In this document: one piece after another, positions 37,001 to 50,928 of the stretch
Layout: every line of letters starts with the position of its first letter
Numbering within the stretch: the stretch's first letter is position 1
Source of the DNA: Leucoraja erinacea
Lineage: Eukaryota
DNA: 64,000 nucleotides
Direction of reading: 5' to 3'
Assembly (NCBI RefSeq): GCF_028641065.1
Contig: NC_073400.1
Coordinates: forward strand, 31,930,001 to 31,994,000
Notes under the pieces: model-generated
What the model saw: only the letters and a program-made list of their open reading frames with translations
Database searches by the model: none
What the model was told of the DNA's origin: nothing
Position numbers and translations under genes: made by a program

Positions 37001-40000
37001 ACGTTGTGTCTTTCAATATTAATTCCATATCACAGTCAATTGGAAAATAACTTTTTTTAATCTAATGCTAATGTAAAAGTTTTCATCTTACTTCTGGGTG
37101 CCAAAGTTCCAGCCTCCAATGGACAGCAGAGTCTTGAGGTTTGAATTCCTTAAAAAAAATAGACAAAATGTGGTTTTAGAATGATGTTTAGAACAACAAA
37201 ATATTTTCAGAACTTCTCAGGAACTTCTGGATCTTCTGTTTTTTTCGCCCCTTTGATGTTACACTTAGTTGAGGGGATTTACCTTAGTCTGGATCTCATG
37301 GGGGTCACAGAAAATGAGGTGCAAGTTTATGCAAGAAGGCTTCATAAGCAATGGGCCAGCCTCACTCTGGGCTGAAGGGCCTATTTCCTCAATCTATGAC
37401 AATGATTCTGTTGGCCTGTCCAATAGCTTTCTCCTGAATATCCCCCTAAACCAAGTCACCTTTCAGACAGGGGAGGTGGATGAGATGAGAAAACCTTCAA
37501 CAAATGGATATGTAACGGTCATGTCAAAGACCCCGCTGACCATCGATCATCCGTTCACACCAGTGCTATTTCATCCCACTTTCTCATCCACTCCCTATGC
37601 ACTTGGGGCAAATTGTAGAGGCCAATTAATCTAGAAACCCTTTGGAATGTGGGAGAAAACCGGTAATCCAGAGAAAACCCTCACTGTCTTATGGCAAACG
37701 TGCAAACTCCACACAAACAGTGCCCGAGGTCAGGAACGAACCCAGGTCTCTGGCGCAGTGAGGCAGTGGCTCTACCCGCTGCGACACTGGGCCACCCGGT
37801 ACATACAGCAGGTGGATTCTTGCCACATACGCTTCCAAACGACTTGTTCACTTAGATCGACCATTTCGAAGAGTGAAATGGACTGTTCATTAAACACTGG
37901 ATGTCCCTTCGCTTGCAGCAAGCACCAGGGAATATTCGTGTTAACCCAATATTAACCCAATCAGACCCAAATCAGCAGGGTTCCTCTCCACCCATTTGTC
38001 TCCACCAAGCTGTCTCTGAGAAGTTAGGCATCACCTTGGTACTTAAAGTCTAAATAACCTATACGGTGGGCTTATCCCACTGAACCGTCCTCTCACCAAC
38101 TAGAGAGCAGTCCTGACCTCCCATCTACCTCATTGGAGACCCTCGGACTATATTTAATCAGACGTCATTGGACTTTATCTTGCACTAAACATTATACCCT
38201 TGACCCTGTGTCTGTACAGTGTGGACGGCCTGATTGTAACCATGTACAGTCTTTCCGCCGACTAGTTAGCACGCAACAAAAAGCTTTTTGTTGTACCATG
38301 GTACACGTGACAATAATAAACTAAACTAAATTAACTGTGGAATATGGGTTATGGAATATGGATTTGGGGAATATCCAATACAGTGACTGGTTAGCAAGCA
38401 ACAAAAACGTTTCACTGTATCAGTACAGGTGACAATGAACTAAACTGGACAATGTAAACATCGCAACATTGCCCGGCATTTGAGAAACAAGGTTAAGCCC
38501 GTCCCACTTTCCCAAGTTACTCACGAATTCTCCCGAGTTTTCCCCTTGATTCAAACTCGGAAATGCCAGCCGTTGGTATTCGGGGATATTTTTGTTTACT
38601 CGTGGACATTTTTCAACATGCTGAACAAACGTCCCGACTTACCTGATGCCCCGAGTACCTACGGCTCTACGGACTCGCTACGGACATTGTCTGAGTTTGA
38701 ATAAACGGGGAAAACTCGGGAGAATTTGTGAGTAACTCGGGAAAGTGGGACAGAGGCGTTAGTATTTATTCAGCGACTGTACTTGTTCTTCAGGCTGTTG
38801 ATTTCCTGGTAGAGTTTTGGGTCGTTCCATTCGTAGGTGGCGATCTGATTGCTCTTCATTCCAGCGAAGGCGTAGATGATGTGCGTGCAGAGGCAAGGGT
38901 CCACGCTCTGGGGCATGTATTTACCCTCTCCTGGTCTGTACTGTGCCCAGTTGGTGAAGTAACATACCAGCCTGTAGGCAGAGCCTGGGCAAGGGAGAGA
39001 CAGGGTGGTCAGGACAATGTCTCTGCGGCAATCACACAAAGCAAAGCAAAGCAAGGCTGCAAATGCACAAAGACTCACCCAGTTGCAGGCAGGCCAGTAA
39101 GACCACCGCTGGAACAGAAAACAGAGAACAGCGTGTTAGGATTATGACAAACCGTAATAAATCAGGTGTTACGGGAAGAAGACAGGAGAATGGGGTTGAG
39201 AGGGAAAGGTAGATCAGCCATGATTGTGTGGCTAGAGCGCACTTGATGGGCCGAATGGCCTAATTCTGCTCCTATTACGTATGAAATTATGAAACCTTGG
39301 CTGTATTATGGCCTCTACACAATGACACTGTTATGTAAGTGGTTGGGAAACTATGAAGATCTATCTTGTGGGCGGCACAGTGGAGCAGTGGTAGAGTTGC
39401 TGCCTCACAGCGCCAGAGACCCAGGTTTGATCTTGACTATGGGTGTTGAACGTGTGTGGAATTTGTACATCAACCCTGTTATGCTTACTATTAGAAACAT
39501 AGAAACATAGAAATTAGGTGCAGGAGTAGGCCATTCGGCCCTTCGAGCCTGCACCGCCATTCAATATGATCATGGCTGATCATCCAACTCAGTATCCCGT
39601 ACCTGCCTTCTCTCCATACCCCCCTGATCCCCTTAGCCACAAGGGCCACATCTAACTCCCTCTTAAATATAGCCAATGAACTGGCCTCGACTACCCTCTG
39701 TGGCAGAGAGTTCCAGAGATTCACCCCTCTCTGTGTGAAAAAAGTTCTTCTCATCTCGGTTTTAAAGGATTTCCCACTTATCCTTAATATTCTAGTATAA
39801 ATTTGATTGTTCTGTTTCTGGTACATATGACAATAACACTCTTAACTCCCTCCCCCTGTGACAAAGTGGGTTTTCTCCAGGAGCTCTGGTTTCCTCCCAA
39901 ATCCCAAAGATGTGAAGGATTGAAGGTTAATTGTCCCTCTGTAAAATTGCTCCTCGTGTGGAGGGAGTCGTTGCATAAGTGGGATAACATGGGAATAGTG

Positions 40001-41690
40001 TGAAAGGCTGAACAATGGTCGGCATGAACTCTGTGGGCCGAAGGGCCTTGTTTCCATACTGTATCTCTAAACTAAACCTTTCCTATCCATGTACTCATCC
40101 AAATATCTGTTAAATGTTATTATACTTGCCTCATCTGCCTCCTCTGGCAGATCGTTCCATATACTCACCACCCTCTGGGCAACAGGTTAGAGTCATAGTC
40201 ACACAGCGCAGAAACAGGCCCTTTGGCCCAATTTGTCCATGCTGACCAAGATGCCCCATCTAAGCCTGTCCCAGTGGCCCCTGGATTCACCTTTAAATCT
40301 TTGCCCTCTCACATTCAGTGTCAATGCCCTGTAGTTTTAGACTCCCCTTCCCTGGGGAAAGGCAGAGACCATCCTTCATATCTCTGCCCCTCATGATTTT
40401 CTAAATGTCTCTGAAGATTTTCACAGAGAGCTGGAGTAATTCAGCAGGTCAGGCAACTTCTCCGGAGAGAAGGAATGGGTGACGTTTCGGGTCCGTTGGA
40501 AAATACAAAATATTAAGAAACTACGAACTGCAGAAGTTGATTTACACCAAAGATAGACACAAAGTGCTGGAGTATCACAGCGGGTCAGGCAGCATCTGTG
40601 GAGAACATGGATAGGTGACGTTTCACAGAGTGCTGGAGTAACTCAGCGGGTCAGGCAGCATTTATGGAGCTAAGGAAATAGGCAACGTTTCGGGTCGAAA
40701 CCCTTCCGGGTTTCGGCCCGAAACGTTGCCTATTTCCAGAAGGGTTTCTGCCCAAAACGTTGCCTATTTCCTTAGCTCCATAGATGCTGCTGCACCATAA
40801 CTCAGTGGGCCAGGCAGCATCTGTGGAGAACATGGATAGGTGACGTTTCACAGAGTGCTGGAGTAACTCAGCAGGTCAGGCAGCATCTGTGGAGAACGTG
40901 GATAGGTGACGTTTCACAGAGTGCTGGAATAACTCAGCAGGTCAGGCAGCATCTGTGGAGAACATGGATAGGTGACGTTTCACAGAGTGCTGGAGTAACT
41001 CAGCGGGTCAGGCAGCATTTATGGAGCTAAGGAAATAGGCAACGTTTCGGGTCGAAACCCTTCCGGGTTTCGGCCCGAAACGTTGCCTATTTCCAGAAGG
41101 GTTTCTGCCCAAAACGTTGCCTATTTCCTTAGCTCCATAGATGCTGCTGCACCATAACTCAGTGGGCCAGGCAGCATCTGTGGAGAACATGGATAGGTGA
41201 CGTTTCACAGAGTGCTGGAGTAACTCAGCGGGTCAGGCAGCATCTGTGGAGAACGTGGATAGGTGACGTTTCACAGAGTGCTGGAATAACTCAGCGGGTC
41301 AGGCAGCATCTGTGGAGAACATGGATAGGTGACGTTTCAGAGTGTTGGAGTAACTCAGCGGGTCAGGCAACATCTGTGTGGAGAACATGGATAGGTGACA
41401 TTTCACAAAGTGCTGGAGTAACTCAGCGGGTCAGGCAGCATCTGTGGAGAACATGGATAGGTGACGTTTCACAAAGTGCTGGAGTATCACAGCGGGTCAG
41501 GCAGCATCTCTGGAGATTAAGGTTAGATAGAGTCGAGACCATTCAGACACCTTATAATAAAACGTGAGAAACAATTTAACCTGTTCTCATCATTTAATGT
41601 CTAAACCTGATTCTTTGAAAACGCATTCCAATATCAAAAGGAATTAAACAACAAAAGGTTCTTACCTGTTCCAAGAAGTAGCTTTGCCAT
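34100..41690 (-). CDS. CHIA: GH18 chitinase copy 2 (exons 1-6; remainder lost in assembly gap; allele or paralogue)
   Basis: Exons 41690-41666, 39108-39079, 38984-38783, 37148-37092, 35253-35088, 34224-34100. Same protein as copy 1; I see three silent changes. Ends at the N gap. Confidence 0.88.
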
Positions 41691-43069
41691 CTTGTTACTG
41701 TTGCTGACTAGACCTGAGCTGCCTCTTTTATACAATGAGCTTATCACGAACAATAGTCCAATGTGTTTGTCGTTCGCTTTATCAGAGTGAAAGGGCAGTC
41801 ACGATGATCCTCCTGCTATTTACAAAGGGAAAATAATAGTTCTTATCTTGACTTCAATATTTTCTCTTCAATAATACCTCGTCCCCTGTTCAATGTCATT
41901 CAGATTGTTCACCTTCATTTTCACCTCTCTGTTTCTGAGCTTGATTGGAAATGACTTGGAAACGTAGAATCATGGAAAGTAGGCGCAGGAGTAGGGCATT
42001 TAGCCAGCACCGCCATTCAATTATGATCATAGCTATTTGTCCACAATTAGTACCCTGTTCCTGCTTTCTCCCCATATCCCTTGATTCCATTAGCCCTATG
42101 AGCTAACTCTCTCTTGAAAACATCCAGTGAATTGGCCTCCACTGCCTTCTGAGGCATAGAATTCCACAGATTCATAACTCTGGGTGAAAATGTTTTTCCT
42201 CATTTCAGTCCTAAATGACCTACCCTTTATTCTTAAACTGTGGCCCCTGATTCTGGATTCCCCCAACATCGGGGACATTTTTTCTGCATCTTGCCTGTCC
42301 AAATCCCTTAAGAATTTGTATGTTTCTGTAAGATCCCCTCTCATTCTTCTGAATTCCAGTGAATATCAGCCCAGTCGACCCATTCTTTCATCATATGACA
42401 GTCTCGCCATCCCAGGAATTAACCTGGTGAACCTACGCTGCATTCCCTCAATAGCAAGAATGCCCTTCCTCAAATTACAAGATCAAAACTGCTGGTGTGG
42501 TCTTACCATGGCCCTATATAACTGCAGTAGGACCTCCTTGCCCCGCTTCACAAATCCTCTCACTATGAAGGCCAACATGCCATTTGCTTTCTTCACTGCC
42601 TGCTGTACCTGCATGTTTATTTTTAGTGACTGGTGTACAAGCACACCGAGGTCTCATTGCATATTCCCTTTTCCTAATCTGACAACATTCAGATAATAAT
42701 CTACATTCTCCCCATAAGCTCTGACACCTGTACAAATCAACAATCTATCCATCTCTGCATTAAAAATATCCGTCGACTTGGCCTCCACAGACAGCCTTCC
42801 ATGGCAATGAATTCCACAGATTCACCACATTCTTACTAAAGAAATTCCTCTTCATCTCCTTCTTAAACGACCACCCTTTAATTCTGAGGCTGTGACCTCT
42901 TGTCCGAGACTCCCCCACTAGTGGATTACATGCAGGCTGAAGAGATTAGTTTAACTTCTTGGCATCATGGTCAACACGGACATTGTGGGCCGAAGGGCCT
43001 GTACCTGTGCTGCACTATTCCATGTTCTATGTTACATCGTCTTCTCAATTACAGTGGAGCGGGTAGGTG

Positions 43070-43410
43070 GCCAGAACGAGACGTGGTGGAGACACAAGCA
43101 GGATGTGTGGGGCGCCTGGTTGGCCGCTGGCAGCTGGGATGATGTTGTTCTTGTTAAACGTTAACGGCTGATGCAACGACACGTTTGGCAGAGGGTGGAG
43201 AGGTCGCGGCTGACTCCGGCCAATGCTCCGTGGGAGGCAGTGATTGGTTGAATGTACGTGAGGGCAGACAATGAGGGGCAGGAGAAGCCGGGAGTCGGTA
43301 TAAAAGGAGCGAGCGATGGCAGGAGATGAGAACAAGACCGACCCCGTCACCCTGTGTGGAGACTCCGGAGCTGGTAACCAACCCTGTGGATCCTTCAAGT
43401 GTCTGTGAGT
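43070..43410 (+). promoter_or_regulatory. V-gene promoter/exon 1, copy A'
   Basis: Intact ERSE 43229-43247, TATA about 43299. Confidence 0.72.
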
Positions 43411-43954
43411 GATGGGGGTGGGATTGTCTCTGTTCACTGTTCCCCCAGTTCAGAAGCCTGATAGCAGAGGGGAAGAAGCTGTTCCTGAGTCTGGTGGTGC
43501 GCGCTTTCAAGCTTCTGTACCATCTGCTAGACAGGACCAGGGAGAAGGAGGAATGACCGGGGTGGGACAAGTGATGGAGTCATAGAGTCACAGCGAGACC
43601 TTCGGCCCAACTTGCCCGCGCCCACCAACTTGTCCCCATCAATACTAGACCCATCTGCCTGCGTTTGGCCCTTACCCCTCTAATCCTGTCCTATCAATGT
43701 ACCTGTCTAACTGTTTCTTAATCATTGTGATAGTACCTGCCTCAACTACCTCTTCCGGCAGCTCGTTCCAAACACCCTCTACCCTTTGTGTAAAAAAGTC
43801 ACCCCTCAGTTTTCCATGAAATCTTTCCCCCCCCCCTCGCCTTAAACCGATGTCCTCTGGTTCTCGATTCCCCAACTCTGGGCGGGTTCAGGGAATGCCA
43901 TCATGAATCCTACTGAGTTGCAATAAGGTGACCCATTGTTTCACCCACAGGAAC

Positions 43955-44527
43955 ATGGGACTGCAGAGATGGATAGGATTCATGGTCCTTGTGGAGATGG
44001 TGTGGCAAGTCTCCGCAACTGGAACAGGTCCGATCTCCAGAGAATGGGGAGAGGAAGCAAACTTGGCCGGGCGGAACGCACGGTCGTATTGGCATGTCAA
44101 CAATGAACAGCTTCCAAGATGCACGGACAAGCCAGACTCTGCTGGTGATCACCCTTTAATCATTAGTCTGCAGGTTGCCGTTGTGTCTCCGAGTGGTTCT
44201 ATTACGCTGCCCTGTAAACTATCCAAGAATTACAGTAAACCTACCCTCGTCACATGGAAAAAAGACGGTGTTGCCATTGCAACATATCACAGTTGGTTTT
44301 CAGTGGGGTATAAGGGATCGTATCCCCGCTGGAAGTTCGTGAATAACAATATATTGAAACATCGGGACGCCTCGTTGGTCCTGTGGGGGGTACAAGAGAA
44401 AGATGCCGGGACATATACCTGCATTTGGTCCACTTCTCATCATGGGAAATGTCATGTATTGACATGGCTGAAAATAGAGAGAAACCTCCCAATGATTCAC
44501 CACGCACTCCCCCCAATCCCACACTGA
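43955..44527 (+). CDS. secreted single V-set Ig domain protein, copy A' (190 aa, divergent subtype)
   Basis: Same leader; SGSITLPC...VTW...DASLVLWGVQEKDAGTYTC; intact ORF; no TM. Confidence 0.85.
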   Translation: MGLQRWIGFMVLVEMVWQVSATGTGPISREWGEEANLAGRNARSYWHVNNEQLPRCTDKPDSAGDHPLIISLQVAVVSPSGSITLPCKLSKNYSKPTLVTWKKDGVAIATYHSWFSVGYKGSYPRWKFVNNNILKHRDASLVLWGVQEKDAGTYTCIWSTSHHGKCHVLTWLKIERNLPMIHHALPPIPH

Positions 44528-47500
44528 CCTTTCTGTCCTGGGCCGCCTCCACTGTCAGAGTGAGGCCAAGTGCAAATTGGAGGGATAGCACTCAAATTTC
44601 ACTTGGGCAGCTTATTCAGATTCAGATTCAGATTCAAACATTATTGTCATTGTGCAGTGTACAGTACAGAGACAACAAAATGCAGTTAGCATCTCCCTAG
44701 AAGAGCGACATAGAATATGAGCAATAAATAAATATACGTGCATACAGTCGTAGTAGTGCAATTTTTATCTGGTGGATGAGTGTCCGGGGGCAATCACCGA
44801 GGTACAGTGTTGAGTAATGTAACAGCCGCAGGGAAGAAGCTGTTCCTGGACTGCTGGTTCAGCAACGGAGAGACCTGTAGCGCCTCCCGCACGGGAGGAG
44901 GGTAAACAGTCTTGTTGGGATGTTAAACTGAGTTCTTCTGTCAATCTAAAGTCAACTTGACTCAAACACTTGTTGCTGTTAAAATCAATTCTTTATTCAA
45001 CTGAGACTAGTCTCTTGAACCTTCCAACACAGAGCTGATGCTCTGGGGCGGGTCCAGAGAGGAGTAACTTTGATACAAACTCATGGCATTTATATAGGTA
45101 TTAGATATTTCAGATACAGAGGGTATGACAAGCTAGTAACCAATCATCTGAGTCCTTCTTTTTACAATCTTCGTTTGTCTATGGTATAACTTTATAACTT
45201 TGTTTCAGAATTATTTTATTTCAACACAGCAAAACCCCAGTAGGCTCTTATCAAGGACCACTCCTCAAAATATAAGATACAGACAATGATCACACAAGTC
45301 ATACACACTTTCTATACCAAGAAGAAAGATATTTCTATAAATCTAAACAATTTCTATGTCTAAAGTGTACATTTCTACTAAGGCAATACATTTCATAATT
45401 TGTTTTACTACAATTTCACAGTTTGAAATACTTTTACCTAGGTCTTTAAAACATTAATTATATAAGTTTGCTGAATAACAGGTTCTAAGTTCAAAACCTA
45501 TACCCATCCCAACCAAGGATACATGGGTCGTAAATCTGTCAACTTACTTGATTAGTGTTTGGTTCCAGGATACAGCTTCATTCACTTAACTTACATACTT
45601 CATACAGCTTAACTTACAGCCTCCCCTTCTCCTGCTATCTCTGGGAGCTGGATTTCCAATCTCTCTACAAGGCCTTTTACAAATATTACAAATGATCTTC
45701 TTCTCCAAGCAACGACTCCCCTTCACATACATCCTAATTCAACATAGCCAAAGCTAACTACAGGGCCTATTATCTCTCAGCCCTGAACTATATCTCAAAC
45801 TCAGCACAAACCCCACAGCTCAAGAATGTCCACAAAGAAAAGTGAATCTGACCTAAGAAGAGGCCCTTATGCAGTTATCTATTTTCCAACACAATCATAC
45901 CAAGTACAATTTCCTCCAGTGTTATAATTGCCTCAGCAATAAACCTAAGCTAAACAGGTTCAGGTTCAGGCCTCAATGTTTTGATTCATCTTTGCCTGTG
46001 TGTATCTGTCTGCACTTTATTTCGCCAGGAAAACCCTAAGCTTTTCTTTTGCAAATTACCTAGCTTATATAAAAATCACTATCCAAACGGTTCTATTTAT
46101 ATAATATTTCCTCAGGGGTGAGAGCAGTCCTCGACGATGCTGAGTGCCCTTTGCAGACATTGCTTGCTCTGGACAGACTCAATGGAGGGGAGTGAGGAAC
46201 CGGTGATGCGTCGGGCAATTTTTAACACCCTCTGCAGTGCTTTCTGGTCGGAGACAGAGCAGTTGCCATACCATACTGTGATACAGTTGGTAAGGATGCT
46301 CTCGATGGTGCAGCGGTAGAAGTTCACCAGAATCTGAGGAGACAGATGGACCCTCTTTAGTCTCCTCAGGGAGAAGAGACGCTGACGAGCCTTCTTGACC
46401 AGAGTTGAGGTATTGTGGGTCCAAGAGAGGTCATCGGAGATGTTGACCCCCAGAAACCTGAAGCTGGAAACACGTTCCACCTCCGGCCCGTTAATGTGGA
46501 TGGGGGTGTGCGTGCCGCCCCTAGACTTCCTGAAGTCTACAATGAGCTCCTTGGTCTTCTTGGAGTTAAGGGCCAGGTTGTTGTCAGCGCACCATGCTGC
46601 TAGGAGCTGGACCTCCTCCCTGTAGGCCGACTCGTCGTTGTTGCTGATGAGGCCAATCACCGTTGTATCATCTGCATACTTGACGATGGTGTTAGTACCA
46701 TGTACAGGTGTGCAGTCGTAGGTGAAGAGGGAGTAGAGGAGGGGGCTCAGCACACAGCCCTGTGGAACGCCGGTGTTCAGGGTGAGAGTTGAAGAGGTGT
46801 GCTTGTCTAACCTCACAGACTGGGGTCTGTTGGCTAGAAAGTCCAATATCCAGTTGCAGAGGGAGGGGTCAATGCCCAGGTTACCGAGTTTGGTGATCAG
46901 TTTAGAGGGCATAATGGTGTTGAATGCTGAGCTGTAATCGGTGAACAGCATTCTTATGTAAGTGTCTCTGTTGTCGAGGTGGGAGAGGGCGGAGTGAAGT
47001 GCCGGAGTGAAATGCCAGTAGCAAAGCCTAGTTCAGTCCAGAGGTACAACAAGGAAACAGGCCCTTCAGCCCACCGGGTCAGTGGAGACCAATGATCACC
47101 CAATGCAATAGTTCTATCCCACATGGTTTTATGGGGACATGGGCCAAATGAAGTGAAATGGGATGAGCTTAGATGGGGTATATGGGTCTGCATGGCCAAG
47201 TTGGGCTGAAGGGCCTGTTTCCGTGCTGTAAGACTCTATGACACCAAGTAGGGAATAGTAAAGGTATAAAGATGAGCAGCGTGGAAGGTGTGAGCGTGGA
47301 TCGCATGCAGTGCGGAGAACTGACCTTGCTTGCACCAGTAAATGTACGTTTAATGTAAATAAACTCTCTTCTGCCAGCCCTGAAGACAGCCGGTGTGAGT
47401 GATTCTTTGTACGCCAGCATTGAGCTGGGTGTGAACTTTGTGCAACTCTTGCTCACTACGGGCGACATCGCCAGATTAAGTGTCATGGAGTTGCCTTCAA

Positions 47501-50113
47501 ATTAGTTTAGTTCGGTTTTGCTTATAGATACAGCGTGGAAACAGGCTCTTCGGCTCACCGAGTCCAACCCAACCAGTGATCACCCCTACACTAGTTCTAA
47601 CCTACACACTAGGGACAATTTACTGAAGCCAATTAACCATCAAATCTGCACGTCTTTGCAATCTGAAAGGAAACCAGAGCACCCGGAGGAAACCCACATG
47701 GTCACAGGGACAATGTACATACACTGTACAGATAGTGCCCGTAGTCACCATCGAAGGCGGGTCTCTAGCGCTGTAAGGCAGCAACTCTACCGCTGCGCCA
47801 CTGTACCGCCCCTGCATTGCCCTCGTGCATTGTTAGGGCTGCTGATTAGAGTCCAGTTTTGACCCTCGTTGGGTGTCAATTGTGGTTGTCAAGGAGCTTT
47901 CTTACCTCCATATGGAGCCCGGTCTTCCAGTTATAGACCCACACCACCCTGGCCACACTCTCTTATCACCACTACTGAGGGGAAGGTACAGGAGCCTGAG
48001 AACCGTGAGCTCCAGGTTCAAGAGCAGCTTCTTCCCAGCATGCACAAGGTTGTTGAACCAGCCTGCACAACCCCAACCACAACCCTACGCCACTCACCAC
48101 AACCCTACACAAGATTCAGATTCAGATTCAGATTCAATTTTAATTGTCATTGTCAGTGTACAGTACAGAGACAACGAAATGCATTTAGCATCTCCCTTGA
48201 AGAGCGACATAGCAAACGATTTGAATTAAAAAAAATAAATAAGTGGGGGGTGATTGGCAGTTGTTGTTTAGTAGAGTGACAGCCGCCGGAAAGAAGCTGT
48301 TCCTCGACCTGCTGGTTCGGCAACGGAGAGACCTGTAGCGCCTCCCGGATGGTAGGAGGGTAAACAGTCCATGGTTGGGGTGAGAGCAGTCCTTGGCGAT
48401 GCTGAGCGCCCTCCGCAGACAGCGCTTGCTTTGAACAGACTCAATGGAGGGGAGCGTGGAACCGGTGATGCGTTGGGCAATTTTCACCACCCTCTGCAAT
48501 GCCTTCCGGTCGGAGACAGAGCAGTTGCCATACCATACTGTGATGCAGTTGGTAAGGATGCTCTCGATGGTGCAGCGGTAGAAGTTCACCAGGATCTGAG
48601 GAGACAGATGGACCTTCTTCAGTCTCCTCAGGAAGAAGAGACGCTGATGAGCCTTCTTGATCAGAATAGAGGTATTGTGGGTCCAAGAGAGGTCATCGGA
48701 GATGTTGACTCCCAGGAACCTGAAGCTAGAAACACGTTCCACCTCCGTCCCGTTAATGTGGATGGGGGTGTGCGTGCCACCTCTGGACTTCCTGAAGTCT
48801 ACAATGAGCTCCTTGGTCTTCTTGGAGTTAAGGGCCAGGTTGTTGTCAGCGCACCATGCTGCTAAGTGCTGGACCTCCTCCCTGTAGGCCAGCTCATCGT
48901 TGTTGCTGATGAGACCAATCACCGTTGTATCATCTGCATACTTGATGATGGTGTTAGTACCATGTACAGGTGTGCAGTCATAGGTGAAGAGGGAGTAGAG
49001 GAGGGGGCTCAGCACACAGCCCTGAGGAACGCCGGTGTTCAGGGTGAGGGTTGAAGAGGTGTGCTAGTCTAACCTCACAGACTGGGGTCTGTTGGTTAGA
49101 AAGTCCAGTATCCAGTTGCAGAGGGAGGGGTCGATGCCCAGGTTACCGAGTTTGGTGATCAGTTTTGATGGAATAATGGTGTTGAATGCTGAGCTGTAAT
49201 CGATGAACAGCATTCTTACATAAGTGTCTCTGTTGTCAAGGTGCGAGAGGGCGGAGTGAAGTGCCGTTGAGATGGCATCTCAACCCTGATGGACACTGCA
49301 CCACTGGTGATGCCCCACGTACGTTGTCTTGTACTATCATGGTCTGGTTTACTTGGAATAACTGAGACCTTATTGTGTACTTATGGTGTAAGTATATAAT
49401 CATGATAGGCCAGGGTAGACAGTGGAGGGCTGCCACTACAGAGCCACCCATAGACCTGATAGAATTATATAAAGTTACTGTGCAGACCAAGTACAAACCC
49501 AACACAATATTCCACCACTCACCCATTCCCCAACGCTATATTCCACCACTCACTCATAGCCATCAACTATGCAGGCACGGCTCATTTCTCCGCATTACCT
49601 CTTCCTACTCTTCACCCTCCCACTTTAATACCTAGAGGGAGAGAGGAGGGGGAGAGAAGGAGAGAGGCAGAGAGAAAGGAGGTAGAGAGAGAGAGTGGGA
49701 AGGGGTAGAGGGAGACGGGGAGGGTGGTAGTGGGGGGGAGGGATTAAATACATTCTTCTCAAGCTTACCCCCAGTCTAGTTCAGTCAAAAACCACTGAGT
49801 CAAGCACTGGAACAACTAAACTTTATTTTTGGACTGTACATCAAATTCCCCTACACGATACCTAAACCACTGCGGGTTCGATCCTTGTATCTGCTTGGCC
49901 AAACCCTTCAGCCTTGTGCAAGCAGAAACACTCCAAAAGGTCACACAGTCCCAAGGGCTCTTCCAGAAGGTCGACAAAGGACCTGCTTTTTATAGGTCCC
50001 TGAGCCTTGAGGGGCCGAACTACATAGGGGTGGTCTCTTTACAATCCAATCAAACATATTAATTACATCAGTACATTATAGACAGTTCCCCAGACCAATA
50101 ACAGTCTCCCATA

Positions 50114-50224
50114 GGTTACACAGAAAAGCTGGAGAAACTCAGCGGGTGCAGCAGCATCTATGGAGCGAAGGAAATAGGCAACGTTTCGGGCCGAAACCCT
50201 TCCATCTGCAGTTCCCTCTTAAAC
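50114..50224 (-). mobile_element. short Penelope-terminus insertion
   Basis: 13-bp TSD acagtctcccata; absent from the equivalent site near 18370. Confidence 0.75.
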
Positions 50225-50390
50225 ACAGTCTCCCATACATTGTTTCAGGTGAAGCTGCTGGAAGAAGCTAACTTAACTTGAATAATGCAACATTTACCCT
50301 GGAATTCAAATAAACACCTGCCAGGGCTCAACACTTTAGCCAATCAACAAACAGCAGGGTAACTGGCAACATGTTTTACAATATTTACAA

Positions 50391-50928
50391 GGTGCGACAG
50401 AGGTTTACCTGCATCTCTTCCAACCTCATCTATTGCGTCCGCTGCTCTAGATGTCAGCAGATCTATATCGGTGAGACCAAGCGGAGGTTGGGCGATCGTT
50501 TCGCCGAACACCTCCGCTCGGTCCGCAATAACCAAGCTGACCTCCCGGTGGCTCAGCACTTCAACTCCCCCTCCCACTCCGCCTCCGACCTCTCTGTCCT
50601 GGGTCTCCTCCATGGCCACAGCGAGCAGCACCGGAAATTGGAGGAACAGCACCTCATATTCCGTTTGGGGAGTCTGCACCCCGGGGGCATGAACATCGAC
50701 TTCTCCCAATTCTGTTAGTCCTTGCTGTCTCCTCCCCTTCCTCAGCTCCCCTGCTGTCTCCTCCCACCCTCCAGCCTTCCGGCTACTCCTCCTTTTCCCT
50801 TTCTTGTCCCCACCCACCCCCACCCCTGATCAGTCTGAAGAAGGGTTTCGGCCCGAAACGTTGCCTATTTCCTTCGCTCCATAGATGCTGCTGCACCCGC
50901 TGAGTTTCTCCAGCTTTTCTGTGTAACC
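50391..50928 (+). mobile_element. Penelope-like element 3' part with GIY-YIG endonuclease
   Basis: NLIYCVRCSRCQQIYIGETKRRLGDRFAEH; 14-bp TSD tacaatatttacaa; absent near 18520. Confidence 0.9.
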
